Assembly: GCA_001830425.1 (NCBI GenBank)
Contig: MIAA01000026.1
Location: forward strand, 16,675 to 80,674
Direction: 5' to 3'
From: Rhodospirillales bacterium RIFCSPLOWO2_02_FULL_58_16
GTDB taxonomy: Bacteria; Pseudomonadota; Alphaproteobacteria; Rhodospirillales; 2-02-FULL-58-16
Length of the DNA: 64,000 bases
Shown: one piece after another, positions 29,689 through 38,961 of the stretch
How the letters are laid out: every line of letters begins with the position of its first letter
Position numbering within the stretch: the first letter of the stretch is position 1
The notes under the pieces: model-generated
What the model saw: only the letters and a program-made list of their open reading frames with translations
Databases searched by the model: none
What the model was told of the DNA's origin: nothing
Translations under genes and position numbers: made by a program

Positions 29689-29846
29689 TCTGTGTGCTTT
29701 GAACACAGAGGCATAGAGGCGCAGAGAAGATTAAGCGAAGTTTTCTTCCTGCTTTTTCTTTATTTTCTCTATCCTCCTCTGTGTCTCTGAGCCTCTGTGT
29801 TTCATAAAACAGTGCTTCTTCCGGTCAACACGCCGGGCGTTAGGGG
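29689..29846. repeat. family-A intergenic palindromic repeat, copy 1 (approximate ends)
   Basis: About 90% identical to 34793-34950. The core is CACAGAGGC(G/A)(C/T)AGAGGCGCAGAGAAGATTAAG...CCTCCTCTGTGTCTCTG(A/T)GCCTCTGTG, whose two arms are imperfect inverted repeats. Confidence 0.8.
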
Positions 29847-29932
29847 TATCGGCAACAATCTCCCCTGATCCCTCCTTGGTAAGGAGGGGAAAGCGCGGGG
29901 GCCACCATGGGTCGATGATTGAGGCCGATGCT

Positions 29933-30361
29933 CTAATCGTTTTTGCGCGGCGCGGAGGGAAGGCGGAAATATTCGATGCCTTCTTCATCCAGCTCGGAAG
30001 TTTCGTCGCCGGTCGCCTCGCCGAAAATACTGCGCTTATCCGCTTCGCCGTAATGAATGCGGCGCGCTTCCTCGGCAAATTGGTCGCCGACATAATCGCT
30101 GTTTTTCTCGACGCTTACGCGAAGCCTGTCAACGGCTTTCAGTATCTGCTGCGCCACCTCTCTGGCCCGCGCCTCGGTCGATCTTTCTTCTCCGAGGCTC
30201 TTGCCCAGATAGGGAGCCATCGGCGCCTTGCTTATATGCTGGTCGCCGCATTGCGGACATTCGATGCAGCCTGACTCGCACTGCTCGCCATAGGTTTCGC
30301 TGTTTTTGAACCAGGCTTCAAACCGGTGGCCTCCGGCGCAACTGAGTTGATAAAGAATCAT
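29933..30361 (-). CDS. DUF1178 family protein
   Basis: The N-terminus reads MILYQLSCAGGHRFEAWFKNS...CPQCG, a zinc-ribbon-like pattern typical of this alphaproteobacterial family. Confidence 0.7.
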   Translation of the reverse strand: MILYQLSCAGGHRFEAWFKNSETYGEQCESGCIECPQCGDQHISKAPMAPYLGKSLGEERSTEARAREVAQQILKAVDRLRVSVEKNSDYVGDQFAEEARRIHYGEADKRSIFGEATGDETSELDEEGIEYFRLPSAPRKND

Positions 30362-30466
30362 GGCGAAAGACCGTTATTCCGATTGTCCCAGGTTATCATA
30401 ATTCGCTTTCTCAATATGTTAACTGTAACGCAAAATCATTAAAAAATGAACAACAATACGGAGCGA

Positions 30467-31285
30467 TTAACTAAACGGTCGATCATGAGTTAGGGATGGT
30501 ATTTTTCGCTTGGCTTCTCCCGCCAGTTCCGGATTGATATCGGCGATGATAAAACCGACCTCGGCGCCGCCGTCGGCCAGCACGGCGCCCCAAGGATCGA
30601 CAATCAGCGAATGGCCGAAGGTCTTTCGCCCCCCGGCATGTTCGCCGCATTGGGCGGGGGCGAAAACGAAACAGCCGGTCTCAATCGCCCGCGCTCTTAA
30701 CAGGACATGCCAGTGGGCCTCGCCGCTGGTGCGGGTAAAAGCGGCGGGAACGGACAGAAAATCAGCCCCGCTCTTGGCCAATGTCCGGTACAGGTGGGGG
30801 AAGCGCAGATCATAACAGATGGACATCCCAAGCTTGCCCCAGGGGGTGTCGGCGACAACGGCGCGGGCGCCGGGAATGCGTTCATCGGACTCCCGGTAGA
30901 CCTCGCCGCCGCCCAGATCGACATCGAACAGGTGAATCTTGTCGTAGTAATCAGCAATGTCTCCATGGCCGTCGATAAGGAACGAGCGATTGGCTATCCT
31001 GTCGCCGGACAGCTTGACGGGAAGCGAACCGATCAAAATCCAGGCGCCTGTTTCGCCGGCCAGACGGCGAAAGGCCTTCAGCGCGGCATCCTCGTCCTGG
31101 GGCATCGCCTTTGCCGACAGCAGCCGCCGGTCAGGCTCCATCATCGAGGCGTTCTCGGGAAGAAGAATCAGGGACGCGCCCTCGGCGTGAGCCGCCCGCG
31201 CCATACCGACGGCGATCTCGACGTTGGGAGCAACCTCACGCGCCGCATTGGTCTGGATGCAGGCAACCTTGAAAGACGCCGCCAT
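30467..31285 (-). CDS. carbon-nitrogen hydrolase family protein (Nit/omega-amidase-like)
   Basis: The E-K-C triad context is present (LILLPE; KIHLFD; GMSICYDLRFP). Length 272 aa. Confidence 0.85.
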   Translation of the reverse strand: MAASFKVACIQTNAAREVAPNVEIAVGMARAAHAEGASLILLPENASMMEPDRRLLSAKAMPQDEDAALKAFRRLAGETGAWILIGSLPVKLSGDRIANRSFLIDGHGDIADYYDKIHLFDVDLGGGEVYRESDERIPGARAVVADTPWGKLGMSICYDLRFPHLYRTLAKSGADFLSVPAAFTRTSGEAHWHVLLRARAIETGCFVFAPAQCGEHAGGRKTFGHSLIVDPWGAVLADGGAEVGFIIADINPELAGEAKRKIPSLTHDRPFS

Positions 31286-31294
31286 GATGATCTT

Positions 31295-31558
31295 TCAGCC
31301 CTTGCCGTCGAGCATGGCATCCAGCTCGCCGCCCAGATTCAGTTCGATAAGATCGTCACATCCTCCCACATGCCTGTCATCGATAAAAATCTGGGGAAGC
31401 GTTTTGGCGCCGTCGGCCCTCTCGGTCATCTTTCGGCGGATGTCGGGCTTTTCCGCCACGTCGATCTCGGTATATTGCACGCCCCTCTTGTCCAGTATTT
31501 CTTTGGCTATATGGCAATACGGGCAATGGGGCAGAGTGTATATTTCAACATGGGCCAT
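31295..31558 (-). CDS. grxC: glutaredoxin 3
   Basis: CPYC active site, 87 aa, with TLPQIFI and GGCDD motifs. Confidence 0.9.
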   Translation of the reverse strand: MAHVEIYTLPHCPYCHIAKEILDKRGVQYTEIDVAEKPDIRRKMTERADGAKTLPQIFIDDRHVGGCDDLIELNLGGELDAMLDGKG

Positions 31559-31576
31559 TTTTTGTTCTCCGGTTTA

Positions 31577-32356
31577 TTAATACCTTGGACGCATGACCAT
31601 AGCCAGCGTCAGCACGTCAACTGCGGCGGCGCCGGCGTCAAGAAGCGTTCGGGCGCATGCCGAGACGGTGGCTCCCGTCGTCATCACGTCGTCAATAAGC
31701 AGAATATTCCGGCCCCTGATTGCGTCAACCATGGAGGGCCGCACCGCAAAAGCGCCTTTCATGTTCCGCCGCCGATCCTCCGGCCCGAGGCCTCCCTGGG
31801 AGCGCGTTCTTTTACGCCGCACAAGCAGGTCGGGACTGACGGCGATTCCGGTTTGCCGCCCGACCGCCAAGGCCAGCATGGCCGCCTGATTATAGCGCCG
31901 GGCAAAAAGCCGCGTCCAATGAAGCGGCACCGGCGCCGCCAGATCGGCGTCAAGGATCAAGTCCGCTCCGGCGCGAACCAGCCACCGGCTGAATGCGGGG
32001 ACGGCCTCGACGCCGTCGCCGTGCTTGAATGCGATAATCAGCTTGCGGCTGATTTCACCGTAGGCCATCACCGTTCGGGCGCGCCGGTAAACCGGACGCT
32101 CGCGGGCGCACGCCCCGCACAAGCCGCCCTCTCCGGGATCAAATTCAAAGGACAGGCCGCAGACGGCGCAATGGGGCGGAGTGACGAAATCGGCCTTGTC
32201 CCAGCACGGCGGACACAGGGCGCCCGCTCCATCGACGATGACGCCGCAGCCCATGCATTGAGGCGGCAGCAGGGTATTTAACGCCAGCCTGAAAAAACCG
32301 GCGACGGCGGACGGTTCAGTCAATCGGCCGTTTATTGACGAATCAGTCTGTGGCAT
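31577..32356 (-). CDS. ComF family protein (phosphoribosyltransferase-like)
   Basis: It has an N-terminal Cys4 zinc finger (CMGCG...CPPCW) and the PRTase motif ILLIDDVMTTGAT. I chose ATG 32356 as the start. Confidence 0.8.
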   Translation of the reverse strand: MPQTDSSINGRLTEPSAVAGFFRLALNTLLPPQCMGCGVIVDGAGALCPPCWDKADFVTPPHCAVCGLSFEFDPGEGGLCGACARERPVYRRARTVMAYGEISRKLIIAFKHGDGVEAVPAFSRWLVRAGADLILDADLAAPVPLHWTRLFARRYNQAAMLALAVGRQTGIAVSPDLLVRRKRTRSQGGLGPEDRRRNMKGAFAVRPSMVDAIRGRNILLIDDVMTTGATVSACARTLLDAGAAAVDVLTLAMVMRPRY

Positions 32357-32365
32357 ACAGTAACC

Positions 32366-33196
32366 ATGTCTGATTCCATGTCCGTCTTCAACCGCTCCGT
32401 GGTGCGCCTTCACAGAAATCGCGCGGCGGCGACCATTAATGACTGCGATTTCCTTTTAAACGAAGCCGGCGACCGCCTCGCCGACAGGCTTGACGACATC
32501 AGGCGGCGGTTTCCGAAGGCTCTTGACCTCGGATGCCACGACGGCCGGCTGGGGCGTTGTTTGCGGGGACGGGGCGGCATAGAAACCCTGGTCCACTGCG
32601 ACCTGTCCCCGGAAATGGCGCGTTTGGCCGCTCCACCTTGCCTCGCCGCCGATGAGGAGTTCCTGCCCTTTGCCGAGGGAACATTCGATCTGATCATGAG
32701 TTGCCTCAGCCTGCATTGGGTCAACGACCTGCCCGGCGCCCTCATTCAGACGCGGCGCATACTCAAGCCGGACGGCCTGTTCCTGGCCTCCATGCTCGGC
32801 GGGAGAACATTGAAGGAGTTGCGCCAGGCTCTGGCCGAGGCCGAGATTTATGTAGAGGGGGGATTAAGTCCGCGCATTTCCCCGTTTGCCGAGGTGAAAG
32901 ACGCCGGCGACCTTCTGCGCCGCGCCGGCTTCGCCCTGCCGGTGGCGGATTCGGACGCCGTCACAGTTTACTATTCAGACCCCTTGAAGCTGATGGCCGA
33001 CCTTCGCGCCATGGGCGAAGGCAATGCGGTTATCGAGCGCCGCAAGACCTTGTCCAGGCGCGCAACCCTGATCGAGGCGGCGAAGCGCTACCGCGAGATG
33101 TTCGGCGACAGGGACGGGCGCGTCCCGGCCACCTTCGAGATCATCACCCTCACCGCCTGGGCGCCGACCCCGTCACAGCAAAAATTGAACCGTTAG
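32366..33196 (+). CDS. class I SAM-dependent methyltransferase (type 11 / BioC-like)
   Basis: ALDLGCHDG SAM motif and FDLIMSCLSLHWVNDL. Confidence 0.75.
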   Translation: MSDSMSVFNRSVVRLHRNRAAATINDCDFLLNEAGDRLADRLDDIRRRFPKALDLGCHDGRLGRCLRGRGGIETLVHCDLSPEMARLAAPPCLAADEEFLPFAEGTFDLIMSCLSLHWVNDLPGALIQTRRILKPDGLFLASMLGGRTLKELRQALAEAEIYVEGGLSPRISPFAEVKDAGDLLRRAGFALPVADSDAVTVYYSDPLKLMADLRAMGEGNAVIERRKTLSRRATLIEAAKRYREMFGDRDGRVPATFEIITLTAWAPTPSQQKLNR

Positions 33197-33219
33197 CAAA
33201 TAATCGCTATTATCCGCCG

Positions 33220-34041
33220 ATGAATGACATGAGCGCCGATCACATAACCGCTGAAGAGCGGCATATCGCCATCCACACTCCCGAAAACTTCGAGGGCATG
33301 CGCAGGGCCGGAAGGCTGGCCGCCGAAACCCTGGACTACCTTATCCCTTATGTAACGCCGGGGGTTAAGACGGAAGAACTTGACCGTCTCGCTCATGATT
33401 TTATCGTTTCCCATAATGCGGTCCCGGCCCCCTTGAACTACCGGGGATTCCCGAAATCCATCTGCACCTCGATCAACCATGTTGTCTGTCACGGCATCCC
33501 CGGCGCCCGGACGCTGAGAAACGGCGACATCGTCAACATCGACGTCACGACGATTCTTGACGGTTGGCACGGCGATACCAGCCGCATGTTCTTCGTCGGC
33601 AAAGTCGGGGTTAAGGCGCGGCGACTGGTGGATGTCACCTTTGAGGCTATGTGGGAGGGCATCAGGGCGGTCAGGCCGGGCGCCGCCGTCGGCGATATCG
33701 GACACGCCATACAAAGCCATGTCGAACCCCGCCGTTTCTCGGTGGTGCGGGATTTCTGCGGCCACGGCCTGGGGCGCGTTTTCCACGAGCCTCCCAACAT
33801 CATGCATTACGGCAATCCCGGTAAAGGCGTCATCCTGCGCGAGGGCATGTTCTTCACTATCGAGCCGATGATCAACCTGGGGCGATACGAGGTGAAATTG
33901 CTGAACGACGGCTGGACGGCGGTAACCAAGGACCGTTCGCTTTCGGCGCAGTTCGAACACTCCATCGGCGTCACCGCCGACGGCTGCGAAGTTTTTACGC
34001 TTTCTCCGGCGAACCTCCACCAACCTCCATACGGCGCTTGA
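33220..34041 (+). CDS. map: type I methionine aminopeptidase
   Basis: Motifs VCHGIP, DIVNIDV, GHGLG and FTIEPM are present. ATG 33220 is the real start, and the ORF from 32701 is a high-GC extension overlapping the previous gene. Confidence 0.95.
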   Translation: MNDMSADHITAEERHIAIHTPENFEGMRRAGRLAAETLDYLIPYVTPGVKTEELDRLAHDFIVSHNAVPAPLNYRGFPKSICTSINHVVCHGIPGARTLRNGDIVNIDVTTILDGWHGDTSRMFFVGKVGVKARRLVDVTFEAMWEGIRAVRPGAAVGDIGHAIQSHVEPRRFSVVRDFCGHGLGRVFHEPPNIMHYGNPGKGVILREGMFFTIEPMINLGRYEVKLLNDGWTAVTKDRSLSAQFEHSIGVTADGCEVFTLSPANLHQPPYGA

Positions 34042-34045
34042 GGCG

Positions 34046-34735
34046 ATGGACGACGACCCCGGCAAGTCTCATTATGCCGGCCATCGTGAACGCCTGCGTG
34101 AACGATTCATCAAGGGCGGGGCCGAGGCGCTGCCCGATTACGAGTTGCTTGAACTTCTGCTTTTTTCAGCCATACCCCGCCGCGACGTGAAGCCGCTGGC
34201 CAAGGCCCTGATCGACAAATTCGGAACCTTCGCCGGCGTCATCAACGCCGAACCGGCGGCGTTGGCGAAAGTGGACGGCATGGGAGAGGTCGCCGTCATC
34301 GCCCTCAAAACGGTTCGCGCCGCCGCCTTGCGCCTGATGCGTCGTGAATCGGCGCAAAAGCCGGTGTTAAGCAACTGGCAGGCCCTGATGGACTACTGCT
34401 ACGCCAATCTGGCCCACAACAAAACCGAACAATTCCAGATTCTTTATCTTAACGCCAGGAACATGATCATCGCCGATGAGGTTCAACAGGAAGGAACCGT
34501 CGATCACACTCCCGTCTATCCCCGCGAGGTGGTAAAGCGGGCGCTTGAGTTGGGGGCCGTCGCCCTGATCATGATTCACAACCATCCCAGCGGCGATCCG
34601 ATCCCCTCCAAGGCCGACATCGAGATGACCAAAAAGGTCAAGGAAGCCGGCGAAAAGCTGGGAATCACCCTGCACGACCACGTCATCATCGCCAAAGGCG
34701 GCGCTTACTCGTTCAAGAGCAAGGGCCTGCTTTAG
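34046..34735 (+). CDS. radC: RadC family (JAMM-like) protein
   Basis: HNHPSGDPIPSKADIEMT JAMM motif, 229 aa. Confidence 0.9.
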   Translation: MDDDPGKSHYAGHRERLRERFIKGGAEALPDYELLELLLFSAIPRRDVKPLAKALIDKFGTFAGVINAEPAALAKVDGMGEVAVIALKTVRAAALRLMRRESAQKPVLSNWQALMDYCYANLAHNKTEQFQILYLNARNMIIADEVQQEGTVDHTPVYPREVVKRALELGAVALIMIHNHPSGDPIPSKADIEMTKKVKEAGEKLGITLHDHVIIAKGGAYSFKSKGLL

Positions 34736-34792
34736 GACATGCGTCCTTTATATTGGGTCGGTCTTGCCTTTTTAATGAAACCACATATGAAC

Positions 34793-34950
34793 CCCTGTGT
34801 TTTGACCACCACAGAGGCGCAGAGGCGCAGAGAAGATTAAGTGAAGTTTTCTTCCTGCTTTTTCTTTTTTCTCTCTACCCTCCTCTGTGTCTCTGTGCCT
34901 CTGTGGTCCAAAAAACAGTGCTTCCTTCAGTAAACGCGCCGGGCGTTAAC
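34793..34950. repeat. family-A intergenic palindromic repeat, copy 2
   Basis: Near-identical to copy 1. Its right end abuts or overlaps the rpsD stop codon (34946-34948). Confidence 0.8.
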
Positions 34951-35560
34951 GCGAATAGTATTCGGTAACCAGATTCGGTTCCATGACCACCGGGTACGGC
35001 ACTTCCGCCAGCGTCGGAACGCGCACGAACGTGCCCTGTCTTTTCTTGACATCCACGCTCACATAATCCGGGATGTCGCGTTCAGCCGACTCAACGGCGT
35101 CAAGCACCAGGGGAATTTCGCGGGACTTCTCCTTGACCTCGATGACATCGCCCACCTGAATCAGATAGGACGCAATGTTGATCTTCTTGCCGTTGACCTT
35201 GATATGACCGTGATTTACGAACTGGCGCGCCGCAAAAACGGTGGGGACGAACTTCATGCGATATATGACTGCGTCAAGACGACGCTCAAGAATGCCGATG
35301 AGGTTCTCCGACGTGTCGCCGCGACGGCGGACGGCCTCGGCGTAATAGCGGCGAAACTGCTTCTCGCTGATATTTCCGTAATAGCCCTTGAGCTTCTGCT
35401 TGGCCGACATCTGCAATCCGTAATCGGATTCCTTGCGGCGGCGTTGGCCGTGTTCGCCGGGGCGGTAGTCACGGACGTTGACCGGACTTTTGGGACGGCC
35501 CCAGAGATTTTCTCCGAGGCGGCGGTTTATCTTGTACTTGGACGCTATGCGTTTTGACAT
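34946..35560 (-). CDS. rpsD: 30S ribosomal protein S4
   Basis: It begins [25 protein letters not shown] and has a C-terminal S4 RNA-binding domain. Confidence 0.97.
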   Translation of the reverse strand: MSKRIASKYKINRRLGENLWGRPKSPVNVRDYRPGEHGQRRRKESDYGLQMSAKQKLKGYYGNISEKQFRRYYAEAVRRRGDTSENLIGILERRLDAVIYRMKFVPTVFAARQFVNHGHIKVNGKKINIASYLIQVGDVIEVKEKSREIPLVLDAVESAERDIPDYVSVDVKKRQGTFVRVPTLAEVPYPVVMEPNLVTEYYSR

Positions 35561-35655
35561 GTCTTCATCTCTTTTTTTATCTGTTTATTTTTTGTCCCGA
35601 TAGGCCCTTGACGGACGGGGCGGTTAAACCCACTTTCTCGGGAATAAGGCGGGGG

Positions 35656-35683
35656 AGTATACGCATCAACGGCGTGAAGTCAA
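35656..35683 (-). promoter_or_regulatory. candidate sigma-70 promoter of rpsD
   Basis: The minus strand reads TTGACT (35683-35678), 16 nt, TATACT (35661-35656), about 95 nt upstream of the rpsD ATG. Confidence 0.55.
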
Positions 35684-35702
35684 ACCTTCATCCGCCGCAC
35701 AA

Positions 35703-36299
35703 TCAGGGAGATTCCAGTTCCGCATCCCAGTACAGGAAATCGCGCCAGCTATGGTGCAGGTGATTGGGAGGAAAAGAGCGTCCGTTTTCCCGTAGTTCAA
35801 AATTAGTCGGCATCCGGGGACTGCGGAAGGGAAACAGCCCGGCATCCCCCGGCATCCGGTTGCTCTTTCGCAGATTACACGGCGAGCAGGCGGCGACCAC
35901 GTTATCCCACGCCGTATTACCGCCCCGCGAGCGGGGGACCACATGATCAAAGGTCAAGTGCTCCGATGGAAAGGCCCGGCGGCAGTACTGACAGGAAAAG
36001 TTATCGCGCAGGAAAACGTTAAACCGGGTAAAGGCCGGGCTTTGCGCCATGTGAACATATTCTTTAAGGGCGATGACGCTGGGCAGCCGCATCTCATGAC
36101 TAGGCGAACGCACCTTGTGGTCGTACTCGGTCACCACGCTGACGCGGCTGAGAAAAACCGCCTTGATCGTTTCCTGCCACGACCACAATGACAAAGGGAA
36201 GTAGCTCAACGGCCTGAAGTCGGCGTTGAGAACCAGAGCCGGAAAATTGGAACACGCCATCGACATCGGCTTCTTCCTCCTCCCACTGACGCAGAGCAT
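35703..36299 (-). CDS. HNH endonuclease family protein
   Basis: It carries CQYCRRAF...LTFDHVVPRSRGGNTAWDNVVAACSPCNLRK, an HNH/Cys4 motif. The start could be an internal Met at 36266 or 36260. Confidence 0.8.
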   Translation of the reverse strand: MLCVSGRRKKPMSMACSNFPALVLNADFRPLSYFPLSLWSWQETIKAVFLSRVSVVTEYDHKVRSPSHEMRLPSVIALKEYVHMAQSPAFTRFNVFLRDNFSCQYCRRAFPSEHLTFDHVVPRSRGGNTAWDNVVAACSPCNLRKSNRMPGDAGLFPFRSPRMPTNFELRENGRSFPPNHLHHSWRDFLYWDAELESP

Positions 36300-36372
36300 A
36301 CAGCAAGCCGGATATTTTTTTCAAACATCTATCTTGCCCGTCATTCCATGCTTGATCCGGAGCGCCGGTTTA

Positions 36373-36404
36373 TATATATTGACTGACCGGTCAGTCAATA
36401 TATA
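36373..36404. promoter_or_regulatory. perfect 32-bp palindrome, probable TetR operator
   Basis: TATATATTGACTGACC|GGTCAGTCAATATATA lies 10 bp upstream of the tetR ATG (36414). Confidence 0.7.
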
Positions 36405-36413
36405 GGTGAGGCC

Positions 36414-37055
36414 ATGGCATCATCCGCAACAACGCCCCCCTCGCGGCGGCGGCGCAAGGAGGCGCGGTCGGACGAGGTTATCGAAGCGGCGTTGTCGGTA
36501 TTCTTCGAGAAGGGGTTTGCCGCCGCCCGTCTGGACGACATTGCGGCGCGGGCCGGAGTGTCGAAGGGCGCCATCTACCTCTACTTTCAATCCAAGGAAG
36601 ACCTGTTCAAGGAAGTGGTGCGTCGGACAATGGCGCCTAACCTCGACCGCTTCGAACGCATGGCGGCGGACCATCAGGGCGACAATCTGGAACTTCTGCG
36701 CCGTTTGATCCGCACGGCGGCGGCGGTGATGGGCGGCACCCGCGTCGGCATGGTGCCGAAGATGGTGATCGCCGAGGCGACTAACTTTCCCGACCTTGCG
36801 CAATTCTATGTCACCGAGGTGGTGGACCGCGCCGCCGGCTTGATGTTGCGGGTGCTTGAGCAAGCGGCGGCGGCGGGCGAAATCGCTCCGACCCCCAGGG
36901 CCGAGGCCGCCAAGGTGCTGCTGGCCCCGATATTGATGCTGGCGCTATGGAACAACACCCTGGGCGCGGCGGTGGGCCGTCGTCTCGACCCGGAGACCTT
37001 CGCCGAGGAAGCAATCCGGGTGATGATCGACGGCATCGGGGGAAAAGCGCCATGA
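36414..37055 (+). CDS. TetR/AcrR family transcriptional regulator
   Basis: N-terminal HTH: VIEAALSVFFEKGFAAARLDDIAARAGVSKGAIYLYFQSKEDLF. Confidence 0.9.
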   Translation: MASSATTPPSRRRRKEARSDEVIEAALSVFFEKGFAAARLDDIAARAGVSKGAIYLYFQSKEDLFKEVVRRTMAPNLDRFERMAADHQGDNLELLRRLIRTAAAVMGGTRVGMVPKMVIAEATNFPDLAQFYVTEVVDRAAGLMLRVLEQAAAAGEIAPTPRAEAAKVLLAPILMLALWNNTLGAAVGRRLDPETFAEEAIRVMIDGIGGKAP

Positions 37056-38011
37056 TGCGGCTGTTGCCGCTGCTTGCGCTTGTCCCGCTTCTCGCCGGTT
37101 GCGGCGATGACGATGCTTCCGTGCAAGGTTATGTCGAGGGCGAATACCTCATGATCGGCTTGCCGGCGCCGGGTCGCGTGGTCTCGGTAGCGGTAGAGCG
37201 CGGCGCCGAGGTGCAGCCGGGACAGGTGTTGTTCTCCCTTGACGCCGTCGCCGAAGAGGCGGCGCTGGCCGAGGCCCGCGCCCGTCTGGAACAGGCTCGT
37301 CACCAGCGCGACGATCTCCTCACCGGCAAGCGTGTCGAAGAAATCAGCGCCATCGAGGCGCGGATCGCCCAGGCCGAGGCCGGTCTACGGCTGTCCGCAG
37401 CGCAGCTTAAAAGACAGCAGAACCTTGTCGGGTCAGCCGCTTCCGCCGAGGCTCGTCTTGACGAATCCCGCGCCGCCGTCGAGCGCGACCGCAGCCGGGT
37501 GACCGAACTTACCGCCGAACTCGCCCTTGCCCGCCGAGCCGCCCGCAGCAGCGCCGTCGCCGCCGCCGAAGCCGCCGTCGATGCCGCCCGCGCCGCCGTC
37601 GCACAATTCGAATGGCGGCTGGCCGAACGCACCGCCCGCGCTCCCGGCGCCGCCCGCGTCGAGGACGTGCTGTTTCGTCCGGGCGAGGAAACAGCGGCCG
37701 GCCGGCCCGTGGTGAGCCTGTTGCCGCGTGAGAACGTGTTTTTGCGTTTTTACCTCTCGCCGCCGCTGGTGGCGCGGGTCGCTCCCGGCGTTCGACTGGC
37801 GGTCGCCTGCGCCGGGTGTGCGGACGGTCTTGCGGCGACGGTCTCGTATGTTTCGCCGGAAGCCGTGTTCGCGCCGCCGGTCCTCTATTCGCGGGAGGCC
37901 AAGGACAAGCTGGTGTTTCTGGTCGAGGCCAAACCGCAAGCCGACGCCGCCCTGCTGCGCCCCGGCCAGCCGGTGACGCTGACTCTGCCGAAGGCGGCAA
38001 CAAATCCATGA
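37052..38011 (+). CDS. HlyD-family periplasmic adaptor (lipoprotein)
   Basis: It has a lipobox (LLAGCG), a coiled-coil Ala/Arg-rich middle and a barrel-sandwich N-terminus. ATG 37052 overlaps the tetR stop. Confidence 0.8.
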   Translation: MMRLLPLLALVPLLAGCGDDDASVQGYVEGEYLMIGLPAPGRVVSVAVERGAEVQPGQVLFSLDAVAEEAALAEARARLEQARHQRDDLLTGKRVEEISAIEARIAQAEAGLRLSAAQLKRQQNLVGSAASAEARLDESRAAVERDRSRVTELTAELALARRAARSSAVAAAEAAVDAARAAVAQFEWRLAERTARAPGAARVEDVLFRPGEETAAGRPVVSLLPRENVFLRFYLSPPLVARVAPGVRLAVACAGCADGLAATVSYVSPEAVFAPPVLYSREAKDKLVFLVEAKPQADAALLRPGQPVTLTLPKAATNP

Positions 38012-38961
38012 ACGGGGGAACGGCCATCGCCGTCGAAAGCCTTACCAAGTCTTTTGACGGGACCAAAGTCGTGGACGCGCTTACCCTGACTATCCCCTCG
38101 GGGAAAATCATGGGGTTTCTGGGGCCGAACGGATCGGGCAAGACCACCACCCTCCGCATGTTGTGCGGACTGTTGACTCCCGACTCCGGACATGGAACCT
38201 GCCTCGGCCTCGACATCGTCGCCGACGCCCACGCCATCAAGCGCCAGGTCGGCTACATGACGCAGCGGTTTTCTCTTTACGAGGACCTTTCGATTGCCGA
38301 GAACCTCGATTTCATCGCCCGCGTTTACGGCCTCAGCGACCGTCGGCATAAAGTGGCGGCGGCTATCGAACGGCTGGGCCTCGGCGACCGGCAGCGGCAA
38401 CTCGCCGGCCATCTGTCGGGGGGGTGGAAACAAAGACTGGCGCTTGCCGCCTGCATCCTGCACGAACCCAGACTGCTTCTGCTTGATGAACCCACCGCCG
38501 GCGTCGATCCCAAGGCCCGCCGCGAGTTCTGGGAGCAAATTCATACCCTCGCCGCCGACGGCATGACTGTATTGGTTTCCACCCACTACATGGATGAGGC
38601 CGAGCGTTGCCACGCCATCGCCTATATCGCTTACGGCAACCTGCTCGCCGTCGGATCGGTCCGCGAGGTGATCGAAGGCTCCGGCCTGTTCACCTTCACC
38701 GCCTTGCCGGCAAAGCCCTCGTCCGACGCCCGCGCCCTGGCCGGACGGCTGGCCGGAATCGCCGGCATTGATCTGGTGGCGGCGTTCGGCGCGGCGCTCC
38801 ATGTCGGCGGCGCCGACCGGGAGGCGCTTCTTGCCGCTCTCTCTCCTTTCCGGGAACAGGGCGACTTCGCCTGGAGCGAGGACCATCCCACCCTTGAAGA
38901 CGCCTTCATCTATCTGATGGCGCGCTCACGCGATAATTTTCAGTTCACGGAGGCGTCATGA
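38008..38961 (+). CDS. ABC transporter ATP-binding protein
   Basis: Walker A GPNGSGKTT, signature LSGGWKQRL and Walker B LLLLDEPT are present. ATG 38008 overlaps the hlyD stop. Confidence 0.9.
   Translation: MNGGTAIAVESLTKSFDGTKVVDALTLTIPSGKIMGFLGPNGSGKTTTLRMLCGLLTPDSGHGTCLGLDIVADAHAIKRQVGYMTQRFSLYEDLSIAENLDFIARVYGLSDRRHKVAAAIERLGLGDRQRQLAGHLSGGWKQRLALAACILHEPRLLLLDEPTAGVDPKARREFWEQIHTLAADGMTVLVSTHYMDEAERCHAIAYIAYGNLLAVGSVREVIEGSGLFTFTALPAKPSSDARALAGRLAGIAGIDLVAAFGAALHVGGADREALLAALSPFREQGDFAWSEDHPTLEDAFIYLMARSRDNFQFTEAS

Noticed and set aside
32701-33219. Arg/Pro-rich 173-aa extension of the map ORF
   Set aside because: It overlaps the methyltransferase gene in another frame and has high-GC frame-artefact composition. 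MetAP homology starts only at ATG 33220. I trimmed similar extensions for serS (25144-25227), acs (49218-49481), the oxidase-like gene (53159-53422), bolA, cobC, tatA, hlyD and the ABC ATPase.
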